Shown: positions 40,284 to 50,021, counted from the stretch's first letter. The stretch is 64,000 nucleotides of DNA from a virus (IMGVR_UViG_3300010401_000001:25856-89855); one strand, 5' to 3'. Notes: generated from the sequence alone by a model not told the origin. Numbers and translations are program-made.

Positions 40284-40637
40284 TTACTCCGGCTCGTACA
40301 GCGAGGTGTCGCCGCGGTCGAACACGTTGGCGATCACGTGGCGCCGGTTGAACTCCGTGGCGCCAGCTGCGATGGCGGCGTCGTGCTGATCCGGGGAGAG
40401 CCCGGCGTAGGTTACGATCGACGGAGAGGCGTCCTGCGGCGTACGGATGTTCGTTGCCGGCTGCACGATGGTGAGCACGTTTGCGGTCAGGAACGTGGTG
40501 AGTTCCAGGAGCGACACGGTGCTGACGATGTGGCTCCCCGTCCAGCTTCCGTCTTCGTTGGGGGTAATGCCAGGCGGTACCGTGCCGTTGCCGGTTCCGG
40601 GTCCGAGTGTCGCGACTGGGTCGAGAATGATTGCCAT
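40284..40637 (-). CDS. hypothetical virion-region protein
   Basis: TCGCCC-N17-GACCAT-N7-ATG upstream. Confidence 0.6.
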   Translation of the reverse strand: MAIILDPVATLGPGTGNGTVPPGITPNEDGSWTGSHIVSTVSLLELTTFLTANVLTIVQPATNIRTPQDASPSIVTYAGLSPDQHDAAIAAGATEFNRRHVIANVFDRGDTSLYEPE

Positions 40638-40701
40638 GCCCGCGATGGTCGCTCAGCGAGCTCCGCCGGGCGAGAAACGGCAGACCCTGACCGCGCCTCG
40701 G

Positions 40702-41181
40702 CTAGTGCTCTTCGTGGCGGAGCGAAAACTCGAACACGAGAGATCCGGTCGCGGCGCCATCGAACAGCGAGATCGATCCGGCGTTGCTCGCGCCGAGGCT
40801 GATCATCTCGTTGGGGTTGGCCGTCTGCCAGAGGTCCCACGACGTGGTGCCGAAGCCGAGGATCGGACCAGCATTCGTCGCGGTGGTTCCCGACGTCGGC
40901 CGGCTCGCGCCGGTGATGGTCGTCGAGGGCACGCTCGCGTCGGTTCCGACGATCGACAGCGCCGTGCCGCCCGTGCTCGCCGTTCCCCACTTTCGCGTGC
41001 GGATGAAGATGCTGTCGAGCTGGGTCTTCGCGGCGTTCTTGCCACTGCCCTTGATGTAACTCAAATACAGCGACCGGGTGGTGCCTGGCTTGAGGAAGCA
41101 CGTCTCGGTCTCGGCGTTGGCCGTCGCGCTGCAGGTCAGGTTGCCGGCCGTCGCCAGCTGATCGTTGTACACGAATGGCAT
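40702..41181 (-). CDS. beta-rich putative virion protein
   Basis: Thr/Gly-rich; late promoter motif upstream. Confidence 0.65.
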   Translation of the reverse strand: MPFVYNDQLATAGNLTCSATANAETETCFLKPGTTRSLYLSYIKGSGKNAAKTQLDSIFIRTRKWGTASTGGTALSIVGTDASVPSTTITGASRPTSGTTATNAGPILGFGTTSWDLWQTANPNEMISLGASNAGSISLFDGAATGSLVFEFSLRHEEH

Positions 41182-41187
41182 GCATCA

Positions 41188-41216
41188 ACGGTCACGCCGC
41201 GAGGCGGATTGGTCGA
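41188..41216 (-). promoter_or_regulatory. late-class promoter motif
   Basis: TCGACC-N17-GACCGT-N6-ATG. Confidence 0.65.
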
Positions 41217-41218
41217 AT

Positions 41219-41578
41219 TCATGCTGCGCGGGGACGGTCGCGTACGAGCTTGGCCAGGCTCGTCGATGGATCGGCGATCGCCTCGGCCTGCTCACGAGGC
41301 GACAGGATCCGACCATACGTCTCGAGCTGCTCCGCAGTAGCCGTCATCGCGAACGCCTCGTCGGGGATGAGCATCGTCCCGACGAGCGGAGACCACTTCT
41401 CAGCGCATGGGTCGCACAGGTACCCCACGTATCCCGACTCCGGGCCGGGCTCGTTGCGATAGCCGTGCTGCTTGTGGCAGTTCATGCAAAACAGCGGGAT
41501 GCACCACACGCCGTCGATCATGATCCGGCCGCGCACCTCGCGCGCCGTGCAGATCGGCAGGATGTCTTGGCTGGGCAT
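41219..41578 (-). CDS. Zn-finger hypothetical protein
   Basis: FCMNC...LCDPC. Confidence 0.65.
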   Translation of the reverse strand: MPSQDILPICTAREVRGRIMIDGVWCIPLFCMNCHKQHGYRNEPGPESGYVGYLCDPCAEKWSPLVGTMLIPDEAFAMTATAEQLETYGRILSPREQAEAIADPSTSLAKLVRDRPRAA

Positions 41579-41799
41579 CAGCGCCTCCAGAAGTAGCCGT
41601 GGGTGATCCGATGCTGCGGGATCGCGGCCGGCAATGGGTTGCTCACGCCGCCGGTGATCTTGCCGTCTTGATCGTATACGGCGAGGCCGATCACCTCGCC
41701 GGTCTCGGGATGCACCTCGGTCACTCTGGCGAGGACCTCGTCGCCCTCGAGGCAGTAGACAACCATGGTGTCCGGTTCATACTTCGTGCTCGCGGCCAT
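41578..41799 (-). CDS. hypothetical protein
   Basis: ARVTEVH..GLAV. Confidence 0.6.
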   Translation of the reverse strand: MAASTKYEPDTMVVYCLEGDEVLARVTEVHPETGEVIGLAVYDQDGKITGGVSNPLPAAIPQHRITHGYFWRR

Positions 41800-41844
41800 G
41801 CCACGGTGATACCCCGCGCGGTGCGGCTCGGGCGAGATCAGGTC

Positions 41845-42138
41845 TCAGCCCGAGCGAGGCATTCCGGGGCCAGGGAGGCGCGTCGGGGCCGGCCTGGGTC
41901 GCTCGCTTCGCATCGGCGCCCATCCGCGTATGCATCCGTGCGAGCACGGCTCCCACGGCCCGCCGCACCACGAACACGCCCCGCGCATCGTCGCCGCCCC
42001 GGACATGAGCCGGTCGCGGAACGTCGGCTCGCGCGACGGCTGCATCAGCAGCGCTAACGCCCGCGGCCGGTGACGGCGTATCCGCGACAAGCGCCCGAGG
42101 ACGACGCCGACCGCGAACCACACGCATAGCGTGATCAC
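41845..42138 (-). CDS. hypothetical protein with N-terminal TM
   Basis: GTGA coupling. Confidence 0.4.
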   Translation of the reverse strand: MITLCVWFAVGVVLGRLSRIRRHRPRALALLMQPSREPTFRDRLMSGAATMRGACSWCGGPWEPCSHGCIRGWAPMRSERPRPAPTRLPGPGMPRSG

Positions 42139-42347
42139 GGGGCTGCTTCCCTACACTCGCCGCGGCAACCGCTTGCTCCGCACGTCCCCGCGGCCTCGCG
42201 CCACCACTTCACTCCATCGCGGCGCGTCACCCAGTGCGTGCGGTTCGCCAGGTAGTCGTCGACCTCGGCATCGGTCATGCGCACGCGCCGCAATCCGCTT
42301 TCGAGCGGCCAGCGGTCGCCGCCGACCGTGCGGTACATTTCGATCAC
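42135..42347 (-). CDS. hypothetical protein
   Basis: GTGA coupling. Confidence 0.45.
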   Translation of the reverse strand: MIEMYRTVGGDRWPLESGLRRVRMTDAEVDDYLANRTHWVTRRDGVKWWREAAGTCGASGCRGECREAAP

Positions 42348-42757
42348 GGCACCGTCCCAGCCGGGCTCGGCGCCCGCGCGATCTGCACCTCGCGGTGCGT
42401 CTCCCCGAACCCCGGCCACGTCTTGACCCTGATCACTGTCCAGAGCTCACCCGGACCCATCATCGCGATGATGTCCGGGTCGGCGCCGAGGTAGGCAACG
42501 ACGTCCGGGCCGATGCCCGGCGTGGCGCGCTCAGCAACGAGGTCGGCGTCCGTGTAGAGCATCAAGATCTCGTCGCCGCGCCGGCCCTCTGGCACATCCA
42601 TGAGCTGGCGTCCGGCAATTGGCTCGACCCCGGCGGTGATGGCGAACGTGGTCTGTGCGCCGGCCACGGGGCGGCCGCGAACAGGCGTGCTCTGCGCGGT
42701 CCGGGTGACCTGGAGGTCGACAGAACCGAGCGAGATGATGGAGGCGTTGAGGCTCAT
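42344..42757 (-). CDS. head closure / head-tail adaptor
   Basis: ITAGVEP..GRQLMDVPEGRR...LYT. Confidence 0.8.
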   Translation of the reverse strand: MSLNASIISLGSVDLQVTRTAQSTPVRGRPVAGAQTTFAITAGVEPIAGRQLMDVPEGRRGDEILMLYTDADLVAERATPGIGPDVVAYLGADPDIIAMMGPGELWTVIRVKTWPGFGETHREVQIARAPSPAGTVP

Positions 42758-42993
42758 GGGGTTGCTCCGAGCGCTCGCATGACGCTTGCCGCGAGGTCCT
42801 CGCGCTCGACCTCGCCGACGTGATGCGCCATCCAGTCGAGCAGAAGGCGCGTCACCTTCGCCGCTTCGGCGCCCTGCACATGATCTAGCGTGCTGCCATC
42901 ATCGACCATGAGGACCCGCGCTGTCGCCGCACGGTGCAGCTTACGGAACGCGGTCGCGTCGCGCGGCTCGATCAGCGCTATCAGGTCTTTCAT
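42754..42993 (-). CDS. hypothetical protein
   Basis: Coupled ORF. Confidence 0.5.
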   Translation of the reverse strand: MKDLIALIEPRDATAFRKLHRAATARVLMVDDGSTLDHVQGAEAAKVTRLLLDWMAHHVGEVEREDLAASVMRALGATP

Positions 42994-43289
42994 CGCCGAC
43001 CTCTTCGTCTCGCCCAGCGCGGCACCGGCGGCGCTGACTTGTTACCCGGGCGTCGCGCTCCGGGGCAATGATCCGGCTCGGCCGGGCTCGGCGCACTCGG
43101 CGTCCGCAGCTTGATCGTGTCGCCGTCGACCACCGCGACCATGTAGTCGACGCGTGGCGCGTCAACCGGTACGTCGAGCCCGATGGCAGCTGCCTGGTCG
43201 GCCGGGATGCAGACGCGGTCTCCGGTGGCCAGGCCGAGCGCCGCCTCCGCGGACCGGCTGCGCCGTAGCGCATCGAGTTCGTCGATCAT
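42990..43289 (-). CDS. hypothetical protein
   Basis: Coupled ORF. Confidence 0.5.
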   Translation of the reverse strand: MIDELDALRRSRSAEAALGLATGDRVCIPADQAAAIGLDVPVDAPRVDYMVAVVDGDTIKLRTPSAPSPAEPDHCPGARRPGNKSAPPVPRWARRRGRR

Positions 43290-43954
43290 CGCGGATCTCC
43301 GGTGTCGGTGATGGGGTCGTAGCCGTTATCGTCGATCGCCTCGACGCGCTTCAGAGCTGCGGCTGCGCGATCGATCCACTGCGCGAGCACTTTGCGCTCG
43401 TCGTTGGCGATCGCATCCTCGCCCCATGCCACATCGACACAGCGCTTTATCTGTTCGGCCTCGTCGCTGGTCTGGCGCTGGTCGATGGTGGCGGCGCCAG
43501 GCGGCTCCAGCTTCGGGCCCCACTCGTGAACGTAGTCCGCACCTCCTCCGACGGTGTTTTCCACCCAGCGTCCGCCTTCTGGCTCCTCGAAGACTCGGAC
43601 GACCGTCCACTCGTCAGGGGTGTCGTTGCTGCACTTCGCCCAATAGAACCCGGCCGGCGGAATCGTCGGGTACTCCGGCTCATGCGGTCGCTGGCCGACC
43701 ACGCCGATGATTTTCGACGGGTCTGGCTGCGCTGGGACGGGGCCGCCGAACGGCGCAAGGCCACCAGCGAACGCCGCGTCAACGTCACGCTGGATCGCGG
43801 CAGATTCCTCCGCCGTGTACTTCCGTGGGCTGAGCTGCTCGAACTCGAGCGCCGTCATGTATCGCACCGGCTCGCCAGGCCGGACGGTCCGCGCGTCACC
43901 GGAAGCAACGCCGGGCTCCGGCATGGCTAACGACGTGAACTTGCCATCACCCAT
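43286..43954 (-). CDS. hypothetical protein
   Basis: GGAGG RBS; AGFYWAK...WTVV...WGPKLEPP. Confidence 0.6.
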   Translation of the reverse strand: MGDGKFTSLAMPEPGVASGDARTVRPGEPVRYMTALEFEQLSPRKYTAEESAAIQRDVDAAFAGGLAPFGGPVPAQPDPSKIIGVVGQRPHEPEYPTIPPAGFYWAKCSNDTPDEWTVVRVFEEPEGGRWVENTVGGGADYVHEWGPKLEPPGAATIDQRQTSDEAEQIKRCVDVAWGEDAIANDERKVLAQWIDRAAAALKRVEAIDDNGYDPITDTGDPR

Positions 43955-44618
43955 TGGTTGGTTCCTCCTGCGTAAACTTTACCGTAACCGCTTCGACGGT
44001 ATCGGCGTCGCGTTCCGCTCGATACCCACGCTGGTATGCCGGCGTCCGCGTCGCCAGCTGCTCATCGGTCAGCGGCTTGGCCTCTTCGTCGCGCACCCCG
44101 GCCCATCGCTTGCGACCGGACTTCTCGTCGAACCGCGCCGGGCACGAGCACTCGCCGCCCGGCGCATGGATCGCGCACTCCCGCTCGTGGCCCGCGGTCC
44201 GGTCGATGCTGCGCTGTAGCTCCGGCGACACGCCATTGGGCTCGCACGAAGTAGCCGCGGCACCCATCGCAACGGCGGCAACCCCCGGCGGAGAGCTTCG
44301 ACGTCCTGACGTCTTGGCGTCCTTACTTTCAGCCAGGAGCGCGCGCAGCTCGTTGGCCTGCAGCTCGCCAAACGAACCTGGACCGTCATCGATGCTGCGG
44401 ATTACCCGCGAGATGGCGTCTCGGAGCGGCCCCACTTGCCGGGCAATGGCATCCAGTCGAATGACCTCGCGAGCTAGCCTGGCGATGTCGCTATCCTCAT
44501 CGGCCTGGTACTGCGCGAGCGTGCGCCGATCGCCCGATGGAACGTGCTCGTGAGCCTCCAGATCGAGGATTATCCCGGCCAGTTCGAGCACAGGGATAGG
44601 CGGGTAGTTCGGCAGCAT
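43947..44618 (-). CDS. hypothetical protein
   Basis: TAGGGT-N7-ATG. Confidence 0.5.
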   Translation of the reverse strand: MLPNYPPIPVLELAGIILDLEAHEHVPSGDRRTLAQYQADEDSDIARLAREVIRLDAIARQVGPLRDAISRVIRSIDDGPGSFGELQANELRALLAESKDAKTSGRRSSPPGVAAVAMGAAATSCEPNGVSPELQRSIDRTAGHERECAIHAPGGECSCPARFDEKSGRKRWAGVRDEEAKPLTDEQLATRTPAYQRGYRAERDADTVEAVTVKFTQEEPTNG

Positions 44619-44701
44619 CCAAACCACCCTACCACGCCGCCCTCGGCTCCTATCGCCTAATCTCGAACCCGATGGCGCCGGCGAGCTGGCCCTGCCTCGT
44701 G

Positions 44702-45145
44702 TCATCTCCGCCGACCAGGCATGAGGTTGATCAGTAGCCTCGGCGGCTTCCGTCTCGCTATCGACATGCGCGCTATGGTGGCTTCTGGGAGCGGCTTTCC
44801 CTTGAGCGCCTCGCGCGTCTCAACGCTACGTACCAGGCCGCGCACACTGCCGCCGGCGGGTGCATGATTGGTGAGATCCCATCCAAGGGCTCGACCGAAC
44901 ATCATCCACCACGTCTCACAGTCGTTCAGCCGGTCGATACTATCCACAGTTTCCAGAACAGCTATCACGTAGCGGAGACCAACCTTCGCGAGCGATTTTA
45001 TCCACGCGGACTTATGCGTTCGCCTCTTCAGGCGGGATGGACACGCATGCTCACGCGGCCGATCCATGCCCGTCGATGACTGCCCGATATACCTGACAAG
45101 CAGCGTGCGCGGATCGACCAGCGCGTACACCAAAAAGCGACTCAC
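44702..45145 (-). CDS. GIY-YIG endonuclease (homing type)
   Basis: VYALVDPRT..VRYIGQS...R..H...E..W...LTN; NUMOD3-like tail. Confidence 0.8.
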   Translation of the reverse strand: MSRFLVYALVDPRTLLVRYIGQSSTGMDRPREHACPSRLKRRTHKSAWIKSLAKVGLRYVIAVLETVDSIDRLNDCETWWMMFGRALGWDLTNHAPAGGSVRGLVRSVETREALKGKPLPEATIARMSIARRKPPRLLINLMPGRRR

Positions 45146-45600
45146 TCGCGGATCTCGAATCCGATACTGGCCACGAGTTGTCCGCTGTCAACGAGAACTT
45201 TGTCGGTACCCTTCCTGGCGATCGTCGCTGGGCTGTCCTCCGGACGCACCTGGTCGTCGACGATCGTGCGCTGGATCTTCCCCGCGGCCCACGCCCCGAG
45301 CAGCCCGAGCGCGCGGTCCCGGTCCATCTTGGCGAGCAGCACCGCGGCGAAGAGCCGAGCTTGCAGCGCCGCCAGCTCGGCTCTGAACGCCGGATCGCGC
45401 AGCGTCCGCCGCACGAATGAGCGCTCCGGGATGCGGCCGTCACGCGAGCCCAGCTCGTGGATCAGCGCGAGCTCGGCGTTCGTCATCCCGGTCCCCTCGT
45501 GGACCGCCCCAGCCTGGTGACCCACCACGCCGGCGCGGACCTCGGCGCGGCCGAGCTCGGCGACTTTGGCGAGGACGGATTCCCAGCGTTCGGTGCTCAT
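45142..45600 (-). CDS. neck / tail completion protein (HK97 gp10-like)
   Basis: NAELALIHELGS..IPERSFVR...ATIARKG..K.LVDSGQL. Confidence 0.85.
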   Translation of the reverse strand: MSTERWESVLAKVAELGRAEVRAGVVGHQAGAVHEGTGMTNAELALIHELGSRDGRIPERSFVRRTLRDPAFRAELAALQARLFAAVLLAKMDRDRALGLLGAWAAGKIQRTIVDDQVRPEDSPATIARKGTDKVLVDSGQLVASIGFEIRE

Positions 45601-45766
45601 CGCCCCACTGCCAGAATCTGCTGTAGCGCCTGCTCTCGGAGCTGCCGCAGCAGCTCGTTGAGGTCGCAGAAAGGCGAGTCGTCTCCGTTGAGGTGGCGGC
45701 CGTCGCGGCGAAGCGGCGTTCGGCAACGAGGGCAGCGATTGACTATGGACATAGGCGCTCAGGCGC

Positions 45767-45943
45767 TCATAACTTGGCCAGCGCCTCGCGGGCTCGTTCG
45801 ATCAGGACCTTCGGTAGCACCGCGCCAACCATGTCGTTCACGCGGCAGGCGCCATCGGTGTAGTCGACGGCGTCAAGGATTGCGAGCAAAACAGCGCGTA
45901 GTTTGTCGTTCTTCGCTGGCAGATCGCTCGTCTCTGGCATCAT
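45767..45943 (-). CDS. small phage protein (58 aa, not in track)
   Basis: LDAVDYTDGACRVNDMVGAVLP; GGAG RBS. Confidence 0.55.
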   Translation of the reverse strand: MMPETSDLPAKNDKLRAVLLAILDAVDYTDGACRVNDMVGAVLPKVLIERAREALAKL

Positions 45944-46121
45944 CGTCTCCGGATCAGGTGCAAGTGCAGGATAGGTCGGCCCCAGGGTAGGACTGCCGCC
46001 GTCCAGTTGGATGCGATTTCAAACTCCCACCGCGCCTTGCGGCGCGCCTGCCTCCGTTCTCAACGGAGAGACGTAGCTCATCTGTAGCGCACCGGACGAG
46101 CGGCGTCCATACCGACCATGG

Positions 46122-46427
46122 TCACCGCTGACACCCCACGGTCCGCGCTTCGCGGTCCTCGAGCACGACGATCGGATGCGCGCCGCCAGTGCACCAGATG
46201 CGGCTCCGGTACCACCCCGGCCGCTCCACGCTGCGATCCGGTAAGCCGCCGGCTCCGTCATACAGCTGGTCTCCGCCCGGCGCGCGTCGGCACTCGTAGA
46301 GCCCGCTCGGCCGCACGCCGTTGACGTACCAGCCTGCTGGGCACTTCGCCGCCGCCGGCCGTGTCACCATCGACCAGCACAGCAGCGCCACGCTCAGCAG
46401 CGCGCAGGCGACGTCGACCAGCATCAC
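46122..46427 (-). CDS. small exported Cys-containing protein
   Basis: Signal-like N-terminus then CPAGWYVNG..C..C..C. Confidence 0.55.
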   Translation of the reverse strand: MMLVDVACALLSVALLCWSMVTRPAAAKCPAGWYVNGVRPSGLYECRRAPGGDQLYDGAGGLPDRSVERPGWYRSRIWCTGGAHPIVVLEDREARTVGCQR

Positions 46428-46813
46428 ACCGTGATCGGGAACCTCGCCCGGCTGGTCCGCACCAACGTGGCGTAGTTCTGCCCGTACGTGGTCTGGCCGA
46501 ATAGCCCGGACGCCATGCTCATCTGCGTCAGGTTCGCATAGCTGCGCGACAGGCCGCCCCGGCTCTCGCTGACCACCGGGCCGGCGATTGACGTGCCGCG
46601 GAGCTTGTCGAGCGTGGCGAAGTGCGCGGCGATGTAGACGCGCGCTAGTTTGGTGCGCGGCCCGTCCTCGCCGTCGAACATCGCCACGTTGACGAAGTCG
46701 TTAGCGAGGTTCAGGTAGAGCTCCTGTGCGGCAGCGCCAACGCTCGCCAGCTCAGGCGCCGGCCCCGGGTTCCCGGGCACTCCGACGACGTCTACCCAGG
46801 CGATGGCCGCCAT
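46424..46813 (-). CDS. head-tail connector (DUF4054-like)
   Basis: PEL...YIAAHF...SESRGGLSRSY...TTYGQ. Confidence 0.85.
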   Translation of the reverse strand: MAAIAWVDVVGVPGNPGPAPELASVGAAAQELYLNLANDFVNVAMFDGEDGPRTKLARVYIAAHFATLDKLRGTSIAGPVVSESRGGLSRSYANLTQMSMASGLFGQTTYGQNYATLVRTSRARFPITV

Positions 46814-46819
46814 GCCCGG

Positions 46820-46945
46820 CTACTTCTTGCCGGGATTGCCCGACTGCTTCGTGTCCGGCGCGGTCGGCGTCTGCTTCGCATCGGTCGTCGGCTTGGCCTT
46901 TGCCTTCTGCGACTCGATGTGTTTCTTGCGTGCGTCGAACGTCAT
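46820..46945 (-). CDS. small Lys-rich protein
   Basis: MTFDARKKHIESQKAKAK... directly after the capsid gene. Confidence 0.45.
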   Translation of the reverse strand: MTFDARKKHIESQKAKAKPTTDAKQTPTAPDTKQSGNPGKK

Positions 46946-46950
46946 GGCGC

Positions 46951-47883
46951 TCACAGGCCGGTAAGGTAGCGAAATGCAACGGGATATGGGCAGGCGAACC
47001 CGCCGCACTTGCCGGCGCACGGTACATCGACGGTCCGGCCCCGGTACTGCTCGGGCAGCCGCTCGAAGTCGAGCGGCAGTAGCGCGCCGCCGGCGAGCGG
47101 GTTCATCACGCCGTTGTCGAGCGCCGGGACGAGCACCGCCTTCGGCGAGCCCGCGATGCTGTCGAGCCGCCACCACGGGATGACGGCCTTGAGCGCCGAG
47201 AACTTCTTGATGAACTCGAGGATGGTCGTGTCGTTGACCGACCCGCGCGGCGTCATGTCGATCTTGCCGTAGCGCACGAGCGGCAAGTACAGACTGAACT
47301 GCGTGAACATCACGTCGTTCTGGCCGGGCACCTGCGCCTGCTTCAGCGCGTCCTGCGCCTCTGTGATCAGCTTCGCCACGTCGGCGATGATCGCGTCGGC
47401 CGACGCCGATGCCCAGGTGCCAGCCGCGGCGGTCGCCTGGATGTTGGCGTTGTTCATCAGCCCGCCGACGCTGGTGCCGGGCACGCCGATCGCCAACGCG
47501 GAGTCGATGTCCTGCTCGATCGACGTCATCGCGCCGACCATGGTGTCCATCTGCAGATCGCTGCCGGACTCGCGCGCGGCGCGCACCGCGTCGATAGTCC
47601 AGCTCGCGTTGTGCTCGAAGGTCTGGATGGTATGAACCACCTCTTCCTTCGTCACGCTGCCGATCGGGATGTCGCGACCGCGGCCCCGCGAGCGCCGCGT
47701 GGATACCTGGAGCTTGGTGGTGGTGTACTTGTAGCTCGGGAGGTTCGGGCTCACGCCCTCCACCCTCGCCATGATCTTGCGCCCGACCACGCCCGGCACG
47801 AGCTGGTAACGGGTCTTGGGGTCGAACTGCGTCAGCTGCTGCTGGACGAAGTACGAATCCGCTGCGTCGACTCGCGATTCCAT
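46951..47883 (-). CDS. major capsid protein (DUF2184-like)
   Basis: QQLTQFD...DIP...VPC..KCGG....YP.A..Y..G; GGAG RBS. Confidence 0.88.
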   Translation of the reverse strand: MESRVDAADSYFVQQQLTQFDPKTRYQLVPGVVGRKIMARVEGVSPNLPSYKYTTTKLQVSTRRSRGRGRDIPIGSVTKEEVVHTIQTFEHNASWTIDAVRAARESGSDLQMDTMVGAMTSIEQDIDSALAIGVPGTSVGGLMNNANIQATAAAGTWASASADAIIADVAKLITEAQDALKQAQVPGQNDVMFTQFSLYLPLVRYGKIDMTPRGSVNDTTILEFIKKFSALKAVIPWWRLDSIAGSPKAVLVPALDNGVMNPLAGGALLPLDFERLPEQYRGRTVDVPCAGKCGGFACPYPVAFRYLTGL

Positions 47884-47885
47884 GG

Positions 47886-48392
47886 TCAGGCTCCGATCAG
47901 GTTGATCTCGAGGATCCCGAGGTTTCCGCCCGTGGTCGTGGTGCGCCACTTCGCGAACGCCGAGACGTCGATGGTGTTGGTCCCGTCCGCCGTGCCCCGG
48001 AACGCGCCGATCTTCGTGTTGCCGCCATTGGCGATGGCGCGCACGAACACGCCCTTGGTCGGATCGACGTTGTCCTCGGGGATCACCTTGATGCGCCCGA
48101 AGCGCAGCACGCGCATCGTGACGCCGGGCAGGATGCCGACCGTCCCGAGCTCGTATGGGGACGGGTGGTCGGCCTCGTACACGGTGATCCCGTCGAGCGC
48201 GTCGGTGTTCGCGGTCAGGAGCAGGATCGTGTCATCGGCCGTGCCGCGCTTGACGCCGACACCGAACTGGATCGAGGCCGTGGCCTCGGACTGGAGCACG
48301 GTGTCGATGGCGCCCACGGCGGACGTCCACTGATCGGCGATGTCGCCCTCGACGCCGAGGGCGAGCGGGGAAGTGACTGCGGTCTGCGGCAT
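47886..48392 (-). CDS. capsid cement/decoration protein
   Basis: IQFGVGV...VLRFGRIKV...VFVR; directly upstream of the capsid gene. Confidence 0.8.
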   Translation of the reverse strand: MPQTAVTSPLALGVEGDIADQWTSAVGAIDTVLQSEATASIQFGVGVKRGTADDTILLLTANTDALDGITVYEADHPSPYELGTVGILPGVTMRVLRFGRIKVIPEDNVDPTKGVFVRAIANGGNTKIGAFRGTADGTNTIDVSAFAKWRTTTTGGNLGILEINLIGA

Positions 48393-48395
48393 GGC

Positions 48396-49064
48396 TCAGT
48401 GCCCCTTGCTGTGGCTGGTTGCGTACTCGCCGACGCCGGCCTTCCACTGGTCGGACCAGGGCAGCTGGTCGGCGCGCTGCTGGTGTTCCGGCGCGCGGTT
48501 CGCCGGGGCGCTGTCGTGCCGCACCGCGAGCGTCTGCGAGGCGCGCGCGAGCGAGGCGCCGTACGCGGCGCGGTCATCGACGAGGGCGTCGAAGCGCCGG
48601 CGCAGATAGTCGTCGCTCACCTCGGGACCCATCGGCTCCTTGGGCACGAGGTGGCGGATCGCCTGGGTCAAGATCTCCCGATCCGTCAGGCTGTCGGCGC
48701 GGAGCGTGGGCAGCACGGCGGTCGCCTTTGCGACGAGCCCGGCGCGCTGGCGCACGAGCACCGGCATTTCGTTGCGGGCGTTGGCGAGGTCGCGCTCGGC
48801 CGCGTCGGCACGCTTGCGCAGCTCGAGCACGGCCGCGGTTTCCACGGCCGACGTGCCGGCGGCGATCTTGGCCTCGGTGGCCGCGAGGCGCTCCTTGACG
48901 GTCGTGAGCTCGGCCCGCAAACCGTCGCGGTCCGCGGCCAGGGAGTCGGCACGACTCCGCTGCTCCGTGGCCACTCGATCGGCCTCGTCCGCGCGCACGG
49001 TCAGGAGCCGAATCTGCTCTGCCGCATCCGGCGGCGGAGCGTGTCCGGTCTGGGTGGTGGTCAT
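48396..49064 (-). CDS. nested in-frame scaffold protein
   Basis: Internal ATG 6 nt after a late promoter motif; coiled coil. Confidence 0.65.
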   Translation of the reverse strand: MTTTQTGHAPPPDAAEQIRLLTVRADEADRVATEQRSRADSLAADRDGLRAELTTVKERLAATEAKIAAGTSAVETAAVLELRKRADAAERDLANARNEMPVLVRQRAGLVAKATAVLPTLRADSLTDREILTQAIRHLVPKEPMGPEVSDDYLRRRFDALVDDRAAYGASLARASQTLAVRHDSAPANRAPEHQQRADQLPWSDQWKAGVGEYATSHSKGH

Positions 49065-50015
49065 GGGTCCACGATGAGACCGGCTACCGGTTTGGTCGAA
49101 ATGACCATCACCCCGTCCCACTCCAGCTGCCGATACCGTCGGTGCGGTATGCGTGTGCCCGTCGGACATGCCGATGGTGATCGAGCCGTCTGGGTTGCGA
49201 ACCCAGTCGTGACTGTGGCTGATCGTTTCGCCCGCAGCGATTGCCCAGCTCGTGCTTCCGCTGTCCATCGCCGACGTGCCGGATACGCTCGACGGAACGC
49301 CGTACAAGTCTGACCCCATCGACTGCGCGCCGCTCACCATGTGCTGGTGCCCGCGCTCGATCGACGTCAACACGTCGTCGAGATCCTGCGAGCCCGCCCC
49401 CGTGATCGGCATCCCGACGTCGTCGCCGCGGAGCACGAGCTCGGCGTCGTCCATGCGGAGCTGGATCGACTGGCCGCCGCGCGCCGCAGACACGAGCGCC
49501 TGGTGGTTAACGCGGATCTCGCGCTGCACGCCGTCGTAGCGACCGGTCGGATTGTCCGGAGTCGCGTACTGCGGAGCGAACCCCGGAGTCTCGTCGTACC
49601 TGATCCGGTACCCGGGCGACAGCTCGCGCATGCCGCCCTCGACGCGCTTGATCGCCGCCGCATCCTTGATCAACGACGTCGTGGCGACGAGGTCTCCGTC
49701 ACGGCGCGCCGCACCGCTGACCGTGCCCACCTCGTGCCGGCGGACGTTGTCCGCGGTGACGTCTTCCAGCTCGCCATCGGCGCGCCGGGGGTGGCCGACC
49801 GTGATCGGCGCCCCATCATAGCTCGCCAACGAGTCAGGGTGGAACACCTCCTCGGGTGGCCGCAGCTCGTAGCGGAACGAGCCGTCGGCGCGGCGGTACT
49901 TGTAGATGCCGACGCGCGCCGCATGGCCGTCCGCGCGCAGGAAGCCCTGCGCTGTGCGGACCGGCGATCGCAGCGAGCCCGCGCGCTCATCGTAGCGGAA
50001 TACCGTCTTGCTCAC
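48396..50015 (-). CDS. DUF2213 prohead protease + scaffold
   Basis: RPPEEVF..SLAS...PITVGHP...ELSPGY...NHQALV..ARGG. Confidence 0.88.
   Translation of the reverse strand: MSKTVFRYDERAGSLRSPVRTAQGFLRADGHAARVGIYKYRRADGSFRYELRPPEEVFHPDSLASYDGAPITVGHPRRADGELEDVTADNVRRHEVGTVSGAARRDGDLVATTSLIKDAAAIKRVEGGMRELSPGYRIRYDETPGFAPQYATPDNPTGRYDGVQREIRVNHQALVSAARGGQSIQLRMDDAELVLRGDDVGMPITGAGSQDLDDVLTSIERGHQHMVSGAQSMGSDLYGVPSSVSGTSAMDSGSTSWAIAAGETISHSHDWVRNPDGSITIGMSDGHTHTAPTVSAAGVGRGDGHFDQTGSRSHRGPMTTTQTGHAPPPDAAEQIRLLTVRADEADRVATEQRSRADSLAADRDGLRAELTTVKERLAATEAKIAAGTSAVETAAVLELRKRADAAERDLANARNEMPVLVRQRAGLVAKATAVLPTLRADSLTDREILTQAIRHLVPKEPMGPEVSDDYLRRRFDALVDDRAAYGASLARASQTLAVRHDSAPANRAPEHQQRADQLPWSDQWKAGVGEYATSHSKGH
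49071..49099 (-). promoter_or_regulatory. intragenic late-class promoter
   Basis: TCGACC-N17-CATCGT-N6-ATG. Confidence 0.65.
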
Positions 50016-50021
50016 CCGGCC

